Positions 18,732 through 27,901 of a stretch of 64,000 nucleotides of DNA are shown here, piece after piece. The translations under genes were made by a program, and so were the position numbers. The DNA is taken from assembly GCA_963732385.1 (NCBI GenBank), contig CAVSZB010000002.1:32001-96000 (forward strand), written 5' to 3'. The notes below the pieces were generated by a model that was not told the origin of the DNA, did no database searches, and saw only the letters and a program-made list of their open reading frames with translations. The DNA comes from an uncultured bacterium (GTDB lineage Bacteria > Krumholzibacteriota > Krumholzibacteriia > LZORAL124-64-63). Within the stretch, counting starts at the first letter, position 1; the number at the start of each line of letters is the position of its first letter.

Positions 18732-19315
18732 GCGGACTGGCCCGGGCTGCCGTGAGCGAGGATCTGCTGATCCTGGTCGACGAGGCCGATCGCGAGATCG
18801 GCACCTTGCCGAAAACCGAATGTCATCTGGGCGGCGGCACACTGCATCGTGCCTTCTCGGTGTTCCTGTTCGATGCCGACGGCAGGGTACTGATACAGGA
18901 GCGCGCGGCCGGCAAGATGCTGTGGCCGGGTTACTGGTCCAACAGCTGCTGCAGCCATCCGCGACCCGGAGAAGCCACCGAGGCAGCGGCCAGGCGCCGC
19001 GTACGGGAAGAGCTGCAGCTCGATTGCCGCCTCGATTTTCTGTACAAGTTCCGCTATCAGGCTGCCTTCGGCAGCATCGGCTCCGAGCACGAGCTGTGCT
19101 ACGTCTATGCGGGCTACGCCACCGGCAAGATCAGCACCGACCCACTGGAAATCGCGGCGATACGCTGGCTGACACCCGACGAACTCGGTCGCGAGATTGC
19201 CGCCGAGCCGGCGCGCTTCAGTCCGTGGATGAAGCTCGAGTGGCAGCAGATCACCGCCAGCCATCTGGAGCAGATCCTCGATCGTTGCCGGAAGCCGGAC
19301 ACATGGCGAACGTAG
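18728..19315 (+). CDS. idi: Isopentenyl-diphosphate delta-isomerase type 1
   Basis: LHRAFSVFLF, WSNSCCSHP, EHELC, FSPW; ATGA overlap with the upstream stop. Confidence 0.93.
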   Translation: MSGLARAAVSEDLLILVDEADREIGTLPKTECHLGGGTLHRAFSVFLFDADGRVLIQERAAGKMLWPGYWSNSCCSHPRPGEATEAAARRRVREELQLDCRLDFLYKFRYQAAFGSIGSEHELCYVYAGYATGKISTDPLEIAAIRWLTPDELGREIAAEPARFSPWMKLEWQQITASHLEQILDRCRKPDTWRT

Positions 19316-20112
19316 TCATCACCGGCAGCACGCGCGGCATTGGCCGCGGTCTGGCCGTTGAATTTCTGAAACGCGGGCACAACGTCGTGGTGTCCAGCCG
19401 CAGGCAGGCCGATGTCGACAAGGCCGTCGGCGAACTCGCCGCCACCGGCCCAGCCAAGGTTGCCGGCACCAGCTGCGACGTCACCCGCAAGACCGATGTG
19501 CAGGCGCTGTGGGATTTTGCCGTAGCGGCTTTCGGCCGCGTCGACTTCTGGATCAACAACGCCGGGCGCGCCACCTCGCGCTACGAAGTGCATGAACTGC
19601 CCGAGGAGATGGTGCACACGCTGGTCGACGGCAACTTCAAGGGCAGCGTGTTCGGCTCGCAGGTGGCGATCAGCGGCTTTCGCCGGCAGGGCTCCGGTGC
19701 GCTCTACAACATGCTGGGCGGCAGCTTCGACGGCAAACGCCTGACACCGAACATGGGCGTGTACAGCGCCACCAAGGCAGCCGACTGGCTGCTGACGAAG
19801 TACCTGGTGCTGGAGAACAAGAACCCCGCCATCATCATCGGCGCAATCAGTCCCGGCATGCTCATCACCGAGAACTGGTTCGAGGAACAGAAGCAGATCG
19901 ACCCGGCCGAGTGGCAGAAGATCCGCCCGATACTCAACATCCTCTGCGACTACGTCGAGACCTCCACGCCCTGGCTGGTCGAACAGATGCTCGCCAACCG
20001 GCAGAGCGGCCGGCGCATCGCCTGGATGACGACCGGCAAACTACTCGGCCGCTTCCTCAAGGCCCGCCTGCCCGGACCGAAACGCGATCTGTTTGCGCGC
20101 TTCGGCCTCTGA
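19303..20112 (+). CDS. SDR oxidoreductase, NOL/NYC1 (chlorophyll b reductase)-like subfamily
   Basis: TGSTRGIG, WINNAG, YNMLGGSFDG, YSATK, SPGML. SDR call is firm; subfamily assignment is from recalled motif similarity. Confidence 0.85.
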   Translation: MANVVITGSTRGIGRGLAVEFLKRGHNVVVSSRRQADVDKAVGELAATGPAKVAGTSCDVTRKTDVQALWDFAVAAFGRVDFWINNAGRATSRYEVHELPEEMVHTLVDGNFKGSVFGSQVAISGFRRQGSGALYNMLGGSFDGKRLTPNMGVYSATKAADWLLTKYLVLENKNPAIIIGAISPGMLITENWFEEQKQIDPAEWQKIRPILNILCDYVETSTPWLVEQMLANRQSGRRIAWMTTGKLLGRFLKARLPGPKRDLFARFGL

Positions 20113-21076
20113 GCCGCAGCACACCGTGCCAGCAGCGCTCAGCACCGAAGCCCTGGTGGTCGTGCAGTCAGCGGTGCGCCGCTTCGGCAGCCGTGCGGCA
20201 CTCTCCGGTGCGAGCCTGAGTGCCTGTCGCGGCGAGATCCTCGTCCTGCTGGGGCCAAACGGGGCCGGCAAGAGCACCCTGCTGCGCGCACTCTGCGGCC
20301 GCACCCGGCTGGACAGTGGCAGCATCCGCATCGCCGGCGGCGATCCGGCCGAGCGGGCCGTCCGGCGCCGGATCGGTTTCGTGCCGCAGTCGATCGCGCT
20401 CTGGACCCAGCTCAGCGTGCGCCACAACCTCGAACTGTTTGGCCGGCTGGCCGGCCTCAAGCGCGCGCAACTGGCGACGGCCGTGGCCGACACCCTCGAC
20501 TGGACGGGTCTCGCCGCCCGCGCCAACGACCCGGTTGCCTCCCTGTCCGGCGGCATGCAGCGACGCATCAACATCGCTGCCGGCACCCTGCACCGGCCCG
20601 AGCTGCTGCTGCTCGACGAACCGACCGTCGGCCTCGATCCGGTCGCGCGCAGCGAGGTGCACCAGGTACTCGACCGCCTGCGCAGATCCGGCATGAGCCT
20701 GATCATGACCACCCACGACCTGGTCGAAGCGGAGGCGCTCGCCGATCGCGTGGCACTGATGTCGGCTGGCGCGATCCGTGCCCAGGACAGTCTTGCGCAA
20801 CTCATCGGCCGGCTGTTCGGCAGCGACCAGGAAGTCGTGCTGATGCTGGCTGCCGAACCGGCGCCGGCGATCCGCGACGCGCTGCGTGCCGCCCGGTTGT
20901 CGCCGACCAACGAGGCCCAGGTCTGGATCGGCCGACTGGGCAGCGGACTTGAACAACTGCCGGAACTGCGCACCCAGCTCATCAGCGCCGGGGCGGATAT
21001 CGCCGAACTGCGCATCCGGCAACCGGGGCTGCACGGCGTCTACATCGAACTCACCGGACAGGTACCGCAGGAATGA
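20093..21076 (+). CDS. ABC-2 type transporter ATP-binding protein (start uncertain)
   Basis: Walker A GPNGAGKST, signature LSGGMQRR, Walker B LLLDEPT. Confidence 0.9.
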   Translation: MRASASEPQHTVPAALSTEALVVVQSAVRRFGSRAALSGASLSACRGEILVLLGPNGAGKSTLLRALCGRTRLDSGSIRIAGGDPAERAVRRRIGFVPQSIALWTQLSVRHNLELFGRLAGLKRAQLATAVADTLDWTGLAARANDPVASLSGGMQRRINIAAGTLHRPELLLLDEPTVGLDPVARSEVHQVLDRLRRSGMSLIMTTHDLVEAEALADRVALMSAGAIRAQDSLAQLIGRLFGSDQEVVLMLAAEPAPAIRDALRAARLSPTNEAQVWIGRLGSGLEQLPELRTQLISAGADIAELRIRQPGLHGVYIELTGQVPQE

Positions 21077-22302
21077 CCCTCGCCATGTTCCGGGCTGCCC
21101 TGCTCCAGCTGCTGCACGACCGCGGCGCGCTGCTGCTCAGCCTGTTCGTGCCGGCAGTGTTCTTCCTGATTTTCGCCGAGATCTTCGCCACTGCAGCCAG
21201 CGACGAAGTGCAGGTGCATGTGGCACTCGTCGACGAAGTGCGCAGCGCCGACTCGATCAGCCTGCTCGCCGCGCTCCAGCGCGAAGCGACCGTAACCATC
21301 GTTCCCGGCGTCACCGACCGCGCAACGGCACTCGACCTGGTACGCCGGGGCACCGCCGATGTGGCGCTGATCGTGCGCGCCGATGGCGAGGCGCTGGCGG
21401 ATGCCGCGGGACTCGCGGCACCGCCGCTGCTGATCCTCGTCGATCCTTCGCGCAGTGTCGCAGCCACCGTACTGAGCGGACAGTTGCAGCGCGCATACTT
21501 TTCGGCGCTGCCGGATCTCGCCGTCGGCCGGGTGGCGGAACTGATCGGCACGGAGTTCACCGAGTTCTCGGCCGAGCAGCAGGCAGAGATCGACAGCGGG
21601 CTGGCCGGACTGCGCGATTCGGCAGGCGCGGGACAGCGCGGCGGCTGGTCCTTCGAGGAACTGCTGGATCGCGAGAATGTGGTCGGACAGACCGCCGCAC
21701 TCAATCACATCGCCTACTACGCCGGTGCCGTCGCCTTCATGTTCCTGATGTTTGCCAGCGCACAGAATGCCGTGGGCATCCTCGACGACCAGGCCGCCGG
21801 CATCCTCGACCGCATCGCCGCCGGGCCAGGGGGCATCATCGTCGTGCTGAATGGCCGGTTCATGTTCCTGGTCCTGCAGGGCATGGTGCAGAACACCGTG
21901 ATCTTCTGCGTCGCCTGGCTGCTCTACGGTGTCGATGTGCCGGGGAACTTCGGCGCGTGGCTGCTGATTTCATTCTGTGCGGCAGTGCTTGCCGCCGGGC
22001 TCGGCCTGCTGCTCGTCACGGCCTGTCGCACGCGCGCCCAGGCGCAGATCCTGCCCACCGTCGTGATCCTCATCATGTCGGCCATCGGCGGCAGCATGGT
22101 GCCGCGCTTCTTCATGCCGGAGTGGCTGCAGACAGTCGGCTGGATCACGCCCAACACCTGGGTACTCGAAGCCTACAGCGGACTGTTCTGGCGTGGCGAG
22201 ACGCTGCAGGCCCTGCTGCCCGGTTGCGCCGGCCTGTTCCTCACCGGAATGCTGGCGCTGGCGATCAGTTACCTGCTCGCCCGGCGTCTCGTGCAGCGCT
22301 GA
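21073..22302 (+). CDS. ABC-2 type transporter permease
   Basis: N-terminal TM, periplasmic loop, several C-terminal TMs, GGSMVPRFFMPEW. Confidence 0.88.
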   Translation: MTLAMFRAALLQLLHDRGALLLSLFVPAVFFLIFAEIFATAASDEVQVHVALVDEVRSADSISLLAALQREATVTIVPGVTDRATALDLVRRGTADVALIVRADGEALADAAGLAAPPLLILVDPSRSVAATVLSGQLQRAYFSALPDLAVGRVAELIGTEFTEFSAEQQAEIDSGLAGLRDSAGAGQRGGWSFEELLDRENVVGQTAALNHIAYYAGAVAFMFLMFASAQNAVGILDDQAAGILDRIAAGPGGIIVVLNGRFMFLVLQGMVQNTVIFCVAWLLYGVDVPGNFGAWLLISFCAAVLAAGLGLLLVTACRTRAQAQILPTVVILIMSAIGGSMVPRFFMPEWLQTVGWITPNTWVLEAYSGLFWRGETLQALLPGCAGLFLTGMLALAISYLLARRLVQR

Positions 22303-22320
22303 GGTTTGTTAAATGTCGCT

Positions 22321-22662
22321 CTACGGCGCAAACATCGCTTGCAGCAGGTTCAGGCAACGACTCACCACTGGCTCAGGCAGCCGGCCGAGACGACGGACCA
22401 GCCGGGCACGGTCAATGGCGCGAACCTGGTCGAGCACCACGTGAGCCCGTTTGCCGCGAAAGCGGCAGGCGACACGAAAAGGATAGGGATGGCTGCCCGT
22501 GGTGAGCGGCACGACGATCAGCGTACGCAGATGGGCGTTGAGTTCGTCCGGGGAAACCACCAGGCAGGGCCGCATCTTGCGCATCTCGTTGCCAACGGCC
22601 GGACCGGTATCGATCAGGTGCACGTCGCCTCGCTCGATAGGTGCTGCGGTCACCACTGCCAC
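22321..22662 (-). CDS. mazF: PemK/MazF family toxin
   Basis: GNEMRKMRPCLVVSPDELN, VVPLTT, LDQVRAID. Confidence 0.9.
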   Translation of the reverse strand: MAVVTAAPIERGDVHLIDTGPAVGNEMRKMRPCLVVSPDELNAHLRTLIVVPLTTGSHPYPFRVACRFRGKRAHVVLDQVRAIDRARLVRRLGRLPEPVVSRCLNLLQAMFAP

Positions 22663-22898
22663 TCGGTCTCATCGAAACGCGTGGCTGCTTCCGGATCGAG
22701 CAACCGGTCGGCCCCTTCGGCCTGCATGGCCTGAGCCGCCTCCGCCCAGCCGGCCCGGGCATGCGCAGCACTGCGGATCAGCACCGCACCATCGCGCACA
22801 CTGACCTCGACTTCGTCAGTCAGTTGCGCCTGCTCGATCACCGGCTTTGGCAGGCGCACCCCGCGGGAATTGCCGATGCGCACCAGTTTCGCCTTCAT
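22650..22898 (-). CDS. mazE: AbrB/MazE family antitoxin
   Basis: MKAKLVRIGNSRGVRLPK...FDETEWQW; GGAGG RBS; overlaps the toxin gene. Confidence 0.9.
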   Translation of the reverse strand: MKAKLVRIGNSRGVRLPKPVIEQAQLTDEVEVSVRDGAVLIRSAAHARAGWAEAAQAMQAEGADRLLDPEAATRFDETEWQW

Positions 22899-22910
22899 GG
22901 TCCGCCTCCT

Positions 22911-22931
22911 CGTAATCACATCGTAATTACG
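22911..22931. promoter_or_regulatory. Putative MazE/AbrB autoregulatory operator
   Basis: AT-rich inverted repeat CGTAAT-N9-ATTACG directly upstream of the antitoxin RBS. Confidence 0.6.
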
Positions 22932-23220
22932 ACGGAGAGCACCAGTCAAGGTCATGGGGCGGTGAACATGCGACATGGCTGACAGCATGCCCGGGTCTGG
23001 CTCGGGGGTTCAGCCCGTCAATCGCGTGTGATCGACGAGAAACGTCAGTCCAGCGCCTGCCGTGATTGGGGGACCAGGATTATCCACATCGTCGCCAGCC
23101 AGATCGCACCACCCCCTGCCATGACCCAAATCAACCTCCACCCGCAGCGATGAAAGGATCATGCGGCCAGCACCGGAACATCACCGGCGGTCACACAGCA
23201 TTGCAGGAGACACAGCGACC

Positions 23221-23523
23221 ATGAGCAGCATCGATGGGAAGTGGGATTGCATCAGCCAGACGCCGATGGGCGACCAGCCTTCGGTGATGGAACTCAGGAG
23301 CAACGGCAATGTCGTGACCGGCACCAACACCAACATGCTCGGCACCATCGAGATCAGCAATGGCAAGCTGGATGGCAATGTCTTCACCTGGCAGATGGAA
23401 ATGACCTCGCCGTTTCCGATGAAGATGACGGGCGAAGTCGTGATCGACGGCGACTCGCTGGAAGGCAAGGTTGCGGCGGGCTTCTTCGGCAAGTCCGGGA
23501 TCGTCGGGAAGCGCCAGTCCTGA
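23221..23523 (+). CDS. Small hypothetical beta-strand-rich protein
   Basis: CAGGAG upstream; MSSIDGKWDCISQTPMG...; host-like codon usage; 100 aa. Confidence 0.75.
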   Translation: MSSIDGKWDCISQTPMGDQPSVMELRSNGNVVTGTNTNMLGTIEISNGKLDGNVFTWQMEMTSPFPMKMTGEVVIDGDSLEGKVAAGFFGKSGIVGKRQS

Positions 23524-23725
23524 AACGCGCGACTCATTTCGGCTGCGGCTGCCGCCACATCGAATCCATTCGCGCCCGGGGTCGGCCTCCTTAATCCCGT
23601 CCACTTCATGGCGTACAGCCCCGCAGTTTCCGTTGAGTTCCGCCGGAAACAGCGGAAGACCAGTTCCTGGCACGGCGTCACAATAGCCGCCGGTTTACTG
23701 GACGGAGCGGCTGGCCTCGCCTAGG

Positions 23726-23742
23726 CTGTACAGTCTGTACGG
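23726..23742. promoter_or_regulatory. Putative Phd/YefM operator
   Basis: CTGTACAG-T-CTGTACGG tandem palindromes; a TGTAC(A) core is typical of phd/yefM operators. Confidence 0.65.
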
Positions 23743-23760
23743 TTTGGGGAGAGCCACCCG

Positions 23761-24015
23761 ATGAGCAAGTTGCAGCACAGGGGGTCTGAAGACGCGCGCC
23801 GGGAATTGCCGGCACTGATTGCCGATGCCGAGGGTGGCACGACCACCATCATCAGCCGGCATGGCAAACCGGTGGCGGCTCTGGTACCCCTGTCGGCATG
23901 GGAGGCCAGGGGGCGACAGCAGTCCCTCCTGCCGCTGGAAGGGTCGGGCCGCCGGATGTGGGGCCGGGACAGCCGGGTCACTCTCCGCAAGCTGCGTGAC
24001 GAATGGACCCGCTAG
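23761..24015 (+). CDS. Phd/YefM family antitoxin
   Basis: EDARRELPALI..AEGG.TTIISRHGKPVAALVP. Confidence 0.85.
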   Translation: MSKLQHRGSEDARRELPALIADAEGGTTTIISRHGKPVAALVPLSAWEARGRQQSLLPLEGSGRRMWGRDSRVTLRKLRDEWTR

Positions 24016-24428
24016 ACACCAGCGGCCTGCCGGAGGGTGCCCTGCTGCTGGTGGATTCGGCACCCATCGTCTATTTCCTGGAGCACCACCCTCGGCTGGC
24101 AGCACGCTTCAGGCCCCTGTTTGCCGGTCACGCAGCCGGCAGGTTCCGGCTGGCCGTTACCACGACAGCTCTACTGGAGGTCCTGACTGGCCCGCTGCGA
24201 GTGGGTGATGAGGCATTGGCGGAGCGCTATCGGGCCATACTTGAGTCGTGGAATGTCGTTGAACTGACGGTGGATATTGCTGCCACTGCCGCGCGGTTGC
24301 GCGCATCCCTGGCCCTCAAGCTGCCGGATGCCGTGCAGGCAGCGAGTGCCATTGCCATCAATGCAGATGCACTGGTTACCCACGACCGAGATTTCTCACG
24401 TCTTCGAGCGGTACGGGTATTGATGTGA
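24003..24428 (+). CDS. vapC: PIN domain VapC toxin
   Basis: LVDSAPIVY, LEVL, LKLPDAVQAASA, VTHDRDF acidic PIN residues. Confidence 0.88.
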   Translation: MDPLDTSGLPEGALLLVDSAPIVYFLEHHPRLAARFRPLFAGHAAGRFRLAVTTTALLEVLTGPLRVGDEALAERYRAILESWNVVELTVDIAATAARLRASLALKLPDAVQAASAIAINADALVTHDRDFSRLRAVRVLM

Positions 24429-24527
24429 GCGTCACGGCCCCGGTCCTGGCTCGCGCCTGAGTCAACCCGGCCTCCCTCGCCAGGTGCGGTCATGGCACGG
24501 TAAGCGATATAGTCACCCGCGAGCGTG

Positions 24528-25244
24528 ATGAAAAAACACAAATTCCTGAGCTACGAGTGGGACGCGATCGCCGGCGTGCTGGCAGCCGTGATCGCCATCA
24601 TCCTGCACCTGCTGCATATCGTCGACGAAGCGGTGGTGCTGCCGATCCTGCTGGCCTTGCTCGGCCTGCTGTTCATCAACTTCATGCGCCATACGCGCAG
24701 CAACGAGCTGACGGCCGAGCGCGTCGAGCAGATCGGCCAGTCGCTCGCACACCTGGAGTCCGGCATCCAGCCTCCGGAAGTGCTGCTCATCGGCCCCCGG
24801 CGCCTGCGGACCGCCAACGAGCGCTTCCTTGCCGAGATGCAGGGCGAGACGATCTGGTACAACGTGTGCCTGTCGATGTACGCACCGGCCCTGCTGTTCG
24901 ATGCGCTGCTGCGGCCGGCGATCGAAAATCCGCAGGTCACCTCGATCCGGTTCGTGCTTGACGAGAGCCAGCGGCAGGCCTGGGAACAGCAGGTCCGGCC
25001 GCAGATCGATACCTGCATCAGCCGCGCCAAGGTCGCTGAACCGTGCTGGCAGGCGCTCGAGCGGAATGTTTCCTTCATCCTCGCCGACAGCCGGCACAGC
25101 GGGCGTGCCGAGGCGTTGCTGAGCTTCTGGGGCGAACCGTTCATGGCGCAGTCCACCGATCGCAACCTGCCGCGCTACATGTTCCACGTTCAGCCGCACT
25201 CGGAACTGCTTCCGCACCTGGTCGAACTGCAGCGCCGTCGCTGA
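24528..25244 (+). CDS. Hypothetical protein with two N-terminal TM helices
   Basis: Clean ORF with host codon bias; two hydrophobic segments followed by a soluble domain. Confidence 0.75.
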   Translation: MKKHKFLSYEWDAIAGVLAAVIAIILHLLHIVDEAVVLPILLALLGLLFINFMRHTRSNELTAERVEQIGQSLAHLESGIQPPEVLLIGPRRLRTANERFLAEMQGETIWYNVCLSMYAPALLFDALLRPAIENPQVTSIRFVLDESQRQAWEQQVRPQIDTCISRAKVAEPCWQALERNVSFILADSRHSGRAEALLSFWGEPFMAQSTDRNLPRYMFHVQPHSELLPHLVELQRRR

Positions 25245-25351
25245 CGGGAACAGGCCGGCCTGACTTTCCGTGCAAGTACAGGATTTTCGCCGATTTTGCT
25301 CCGTGGCGGCGATGGCTATGATTTCGTCATGATCATTGCCGAGCCTGACAC

Positions 25352-25392
25352 TTGACCAACTCCGGGACCCCATACATCATGGACATACATCA
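25352..25392 (+). promoter_or_regulatory. Putative promoter/operator of the CopG-VapC operon
   Basis: TTGACC (25352-25357)-N17-CATCAT; direct repeat CATACATCA at 25371 and 25384. Confidence 0.5.
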
Positions 25393-25405
25393 GCAGACGT
25401 TGGCC

Positions 25406-25654
25406 ATGGTCAGAACCCAGATTTACCTCACCGAAAGCGAGCAGGCAGCCCTGCGCATGCTGGCCCGTCGCACCGGGCGCAGCCAGAGCGAACTGATCCG
25501 CGATGCCGTCGACCGGTTTATCGAGCAGGCACTGCCGGGCGATCGTGCGCGGGCACTGGAAGAGGCAGCGGGTTTGTGGCGCGATGCATCGGGCCGGCCG
25601 GCATTCGGCGCGCTGCGCAAGGAAGCCGACCGCATTCCGTCGCGCAGGCGCTGA
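25406..25654 (+). CDS. CopG/ribbon-helix-helix antitoxin
   Basis: MVRTQIYLTE...SQSELIRDAVD...AAGLWRD. Confidence 0.85.
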   Translation: MVRTQIYLTESEQAALRMLARRTGRSQSELIRDAVDRFIEQALPGDRARALEEAAGLWRDASGRPAFGALRKEADRIPSRRR

Positions 25655-25660
25655 CACCTG

Positions 25661-26044
25661 ATGGCCGGCCCCCTGCTGATCGATACGGATGTCCTGATCG
25701 ACTACCTGCGCGGGCAGGCCGGCGCCGTTGCCTTTCTGAGGAAGACGAAACGAGCATTGCGCGTGTCGTCCGCCACCGTCGCAGAACTGTACGTCGGCGT
25801 GCGCGAAGGCACCGAGGAAGAAGTGCTGGAACGCTTCCTGGGATTGCTGGAAATCGTCGAGATCACATCCGGAATTGCACGACGTGCGGGCCTGTGGCGC
25901 AGGGATTTCGGCAAGAGCCATGGCACTGGACTCATGGATGCCCTGATCGCTGCCAGCGCCGAGTCAAGCGGCAGCACACTCGTCACGCTCAACGACAAGC
26001 ACTACCCCATGCTCGAGTCTGTGCTGGTCCCTTACCGAAAGTAG
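25661..26044 (+). CDS. vapC: PIN domain VapC toxin
   Basis: LIDTDVLIDYLRG, AELY.G, DALIAASA, TLNDKHYP. Confidence 0.9.
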   Translation: MAGPLLIDTDVLIDYLRGQAGAVAFLRKTKRALRVSSATVAELYVGVREGTEEEVLERFLGLLEIVEITSGIARRAGLWRRDFGKSHGTGLMDALIAASAESSGSTLVTLNDKHYPMLESVLVPYRK

Positions 26045-26082
26045 GGCCGGCGAGGCAGCAGCGGCAATCCCGTACACCAGGA

Positions 26083-27831
26083 TCAGGGCCGCGTGTAGAT
26101 CGTCCTGCCGTCCTTGATCGTCTCCACCACCTTGATGTCCTTGATGGCCATGGGCTCGACCTTGAGGGGGTTCTGGTCGAGGATCACGAGATCGGCACGT
26201 TTGCCCGCCTCGAGCGAGCCCTTGGAGGCCTGCTCCCCATACTGCTCGGCGGCCCAGATCGTCATGGACTTCAGGCCCTCCATGGGCGTGACCCGCTGGT
26301 CGGGGCCAATCTCGGCGCCGGCACGCGAGATCCGGTTGACGGCCGACCAGAGCATGAACATCTGGTCGAGCGGCGCGACCACGAAGTCCGTGTGGTTGGT
26401 CGGGTGGAGCCCCGCGTCGATCGCGTCGCGCATCGGGCTGATGTACATCGCCTGCTCCCGACCGCGCTGGGCGATGTGCGCCTCGGCGAAATAGTAGGTG
26501 TGCAGGGTGTAGAACGACGGTCGCATCCTGTACTGGACGTACTTCGGAATGTGATCCTTCCGCGTGAACTGCGCATGGATGATGGTGACGTTCCGGTCCT
26601 TCGTCAGCTCATCGGCAGCCGCGAACTCATGGGCCTTGATCAGCGCGTCGATGGCACCGTCGCCGTTGGCATGGAAAGTCACCGGGACGCCGAGGTCATA
26701 GACGGCCTTCAGCCCCTTGTTGATGACCTCCTGCGGGGCGGTCAACTCGCCCCGCCAGTTCTCCTCGCCGCCGGGGCCGCCGGTGAGATAGGGCGTGGTG
26801 AAGAAAGCGGTCCTGCCCTGGGGCGAACCGTCGATGGTGATCTTCACGCCCCCGATCTTGAAGCCCTTGTTGTACTTGCCCCAGGTCGCAACGGGCGCCT
26901 CTTTCAGGACCTTTTCCAGATCGGTAATGAACGGGAATGCCACCACGTCGATGATGTTGGCGCCGGCCTCGGTGGCGCGCTGCATGGTCTGGAACGGCGC
27001 GATGTGCGTGGCCCCTTCGTGGGCCGTCGTCACGCCGGCCTCGGCGTACAGCATCTGGCCGGCCCGGCTCCACTCGATCTCCTGCGCCGGGGTCATCGGC
27101 TCCGACTTGCCGAACACGGGCAGGAAGGCGGTTTCCATGATCAGCCCGTAGGGCTCGTTGGTGCCCGGCTTGCGCACGATCACGCCGCCCGGTGGCGTCG
27201 CGGTGGCGGCGCTGATGCCGTAGTACTCCTGGGCACGGCTGTTCAGCACACCCCCGTGCATGGAGACATGGTCGACACGCACCGGATTGTCCGGAAAGGC
27301 CTTGTCGAGGTCGTCGCGGTTCAAATGACGCCCGCCCGGCATGACGGTTTCGTCGTAGCCGTAGGCCATGATCATCTGGCCCCTGGGAATCCTGCGTTCC
27401 GCCGCGAAGGCCTGCAGCGCGGCGATGATGCTGTCGACGTCCTTGCCAGGGCCGGCAGGCGGCGCATACAGCTTCGCCTGGTTGGCCACCAGCAACGAGT
27501 TGATGTAGTGACCGTGGGCGTCGATGAATCCCGGCAGCAGGGTCTTGCCGCCAAGATCGACCCTGCGCGTGGCGGCCCCCTTGTGGGCCTTTTCGATATC
27601 CGCCCGTGGCCCCACGGCGAGGATCCGGCCATCCTTGACGGCCAGCGCCTCCACACCCGGCTGGGCATCATTGACCGTCACGATGTCGCCACCGGCGTAA
27701 ATGGTGTCGGCGGCCGTGACGGTTTCGGGGCCGGCTGCCGCCGGCGCGGGGGCCCCGGTTTTGCGGCCGCAGCCGGCCAGCGCGAGTCCCGCAACAACCA
27801 CCATCGTCGCCGCCTGGAAACTGGTTCGCAT
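26083..27831 (-). CDS. Amidohydrolase family 3 (YtcJ-like) lipoprotein
   Basis: Lipobox LAGC; PGFIDAHGH, DGSPQGRTA, HANGD, GSLEAGKRADLVILD. Confidence 0.88.
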   Translation of the reverse strand: MRTSFQAATMVVVAGLALAGCGRKTGAPAPAAAGPETVTAADTIYAGGDIVTVNDAQPGVEALAVKDGRILAVGPRADIEKAHKGAATRRVDLGGKTLLPGFIDAHGHYINSLLVANQAKLYAPPAGPGKDVDSIIAALQAFAAERRIPRGQMIMAYGYDETVMPGGRHLNRDDLDKAFPDNPVRVDHVSMHGGVLNSRAQEYYGISAATATPPGGVIVRKPGTNEPYGLIMETAFLPVFGKSEPMTPAQEIEWSRAGQMLYAEAGVTTAHEGATHIAPFQTMQRATEAGANIIDVVAFPFITDLEKVLKEAPVATWGKYNKGFKIGGVKITIDGSPQGRTAFFTTPYLTGGPGGEENWRGELTAPQEVINKGLKAVYDLGVPVTFHANGDGAIDALIKAHEFAAADELTKDRNVTIIHAQFTRKDHIPKYVQYRMRPSFYTLHTYYFAEAHIAQRGREQAMYISPMRDAIDAGLHPTNHTDFVVAPLDQMFMLWSAVNRISRAGAEIGPDQRVTPMEGLKSMTIWAAEQYGEQASKGSLEAGKRADLVILDQNPLKVEPMAIKDIKVVETIKDGRTIYTRP

Positions 27832-27901
27832 GTCGCCCTCCAATCAGAAACGGCCGCTGCAACCCGCTACGACCTGAAGTTTGCCCTGCCCCCTGAGCGC
27901 T

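Noticed and set aside
18820..19302. N-terminal extension of the SDR ORF suggesting a fusion
   Set aside because: It is an alternative frame over idi; the SDR starts at ATG 19303.
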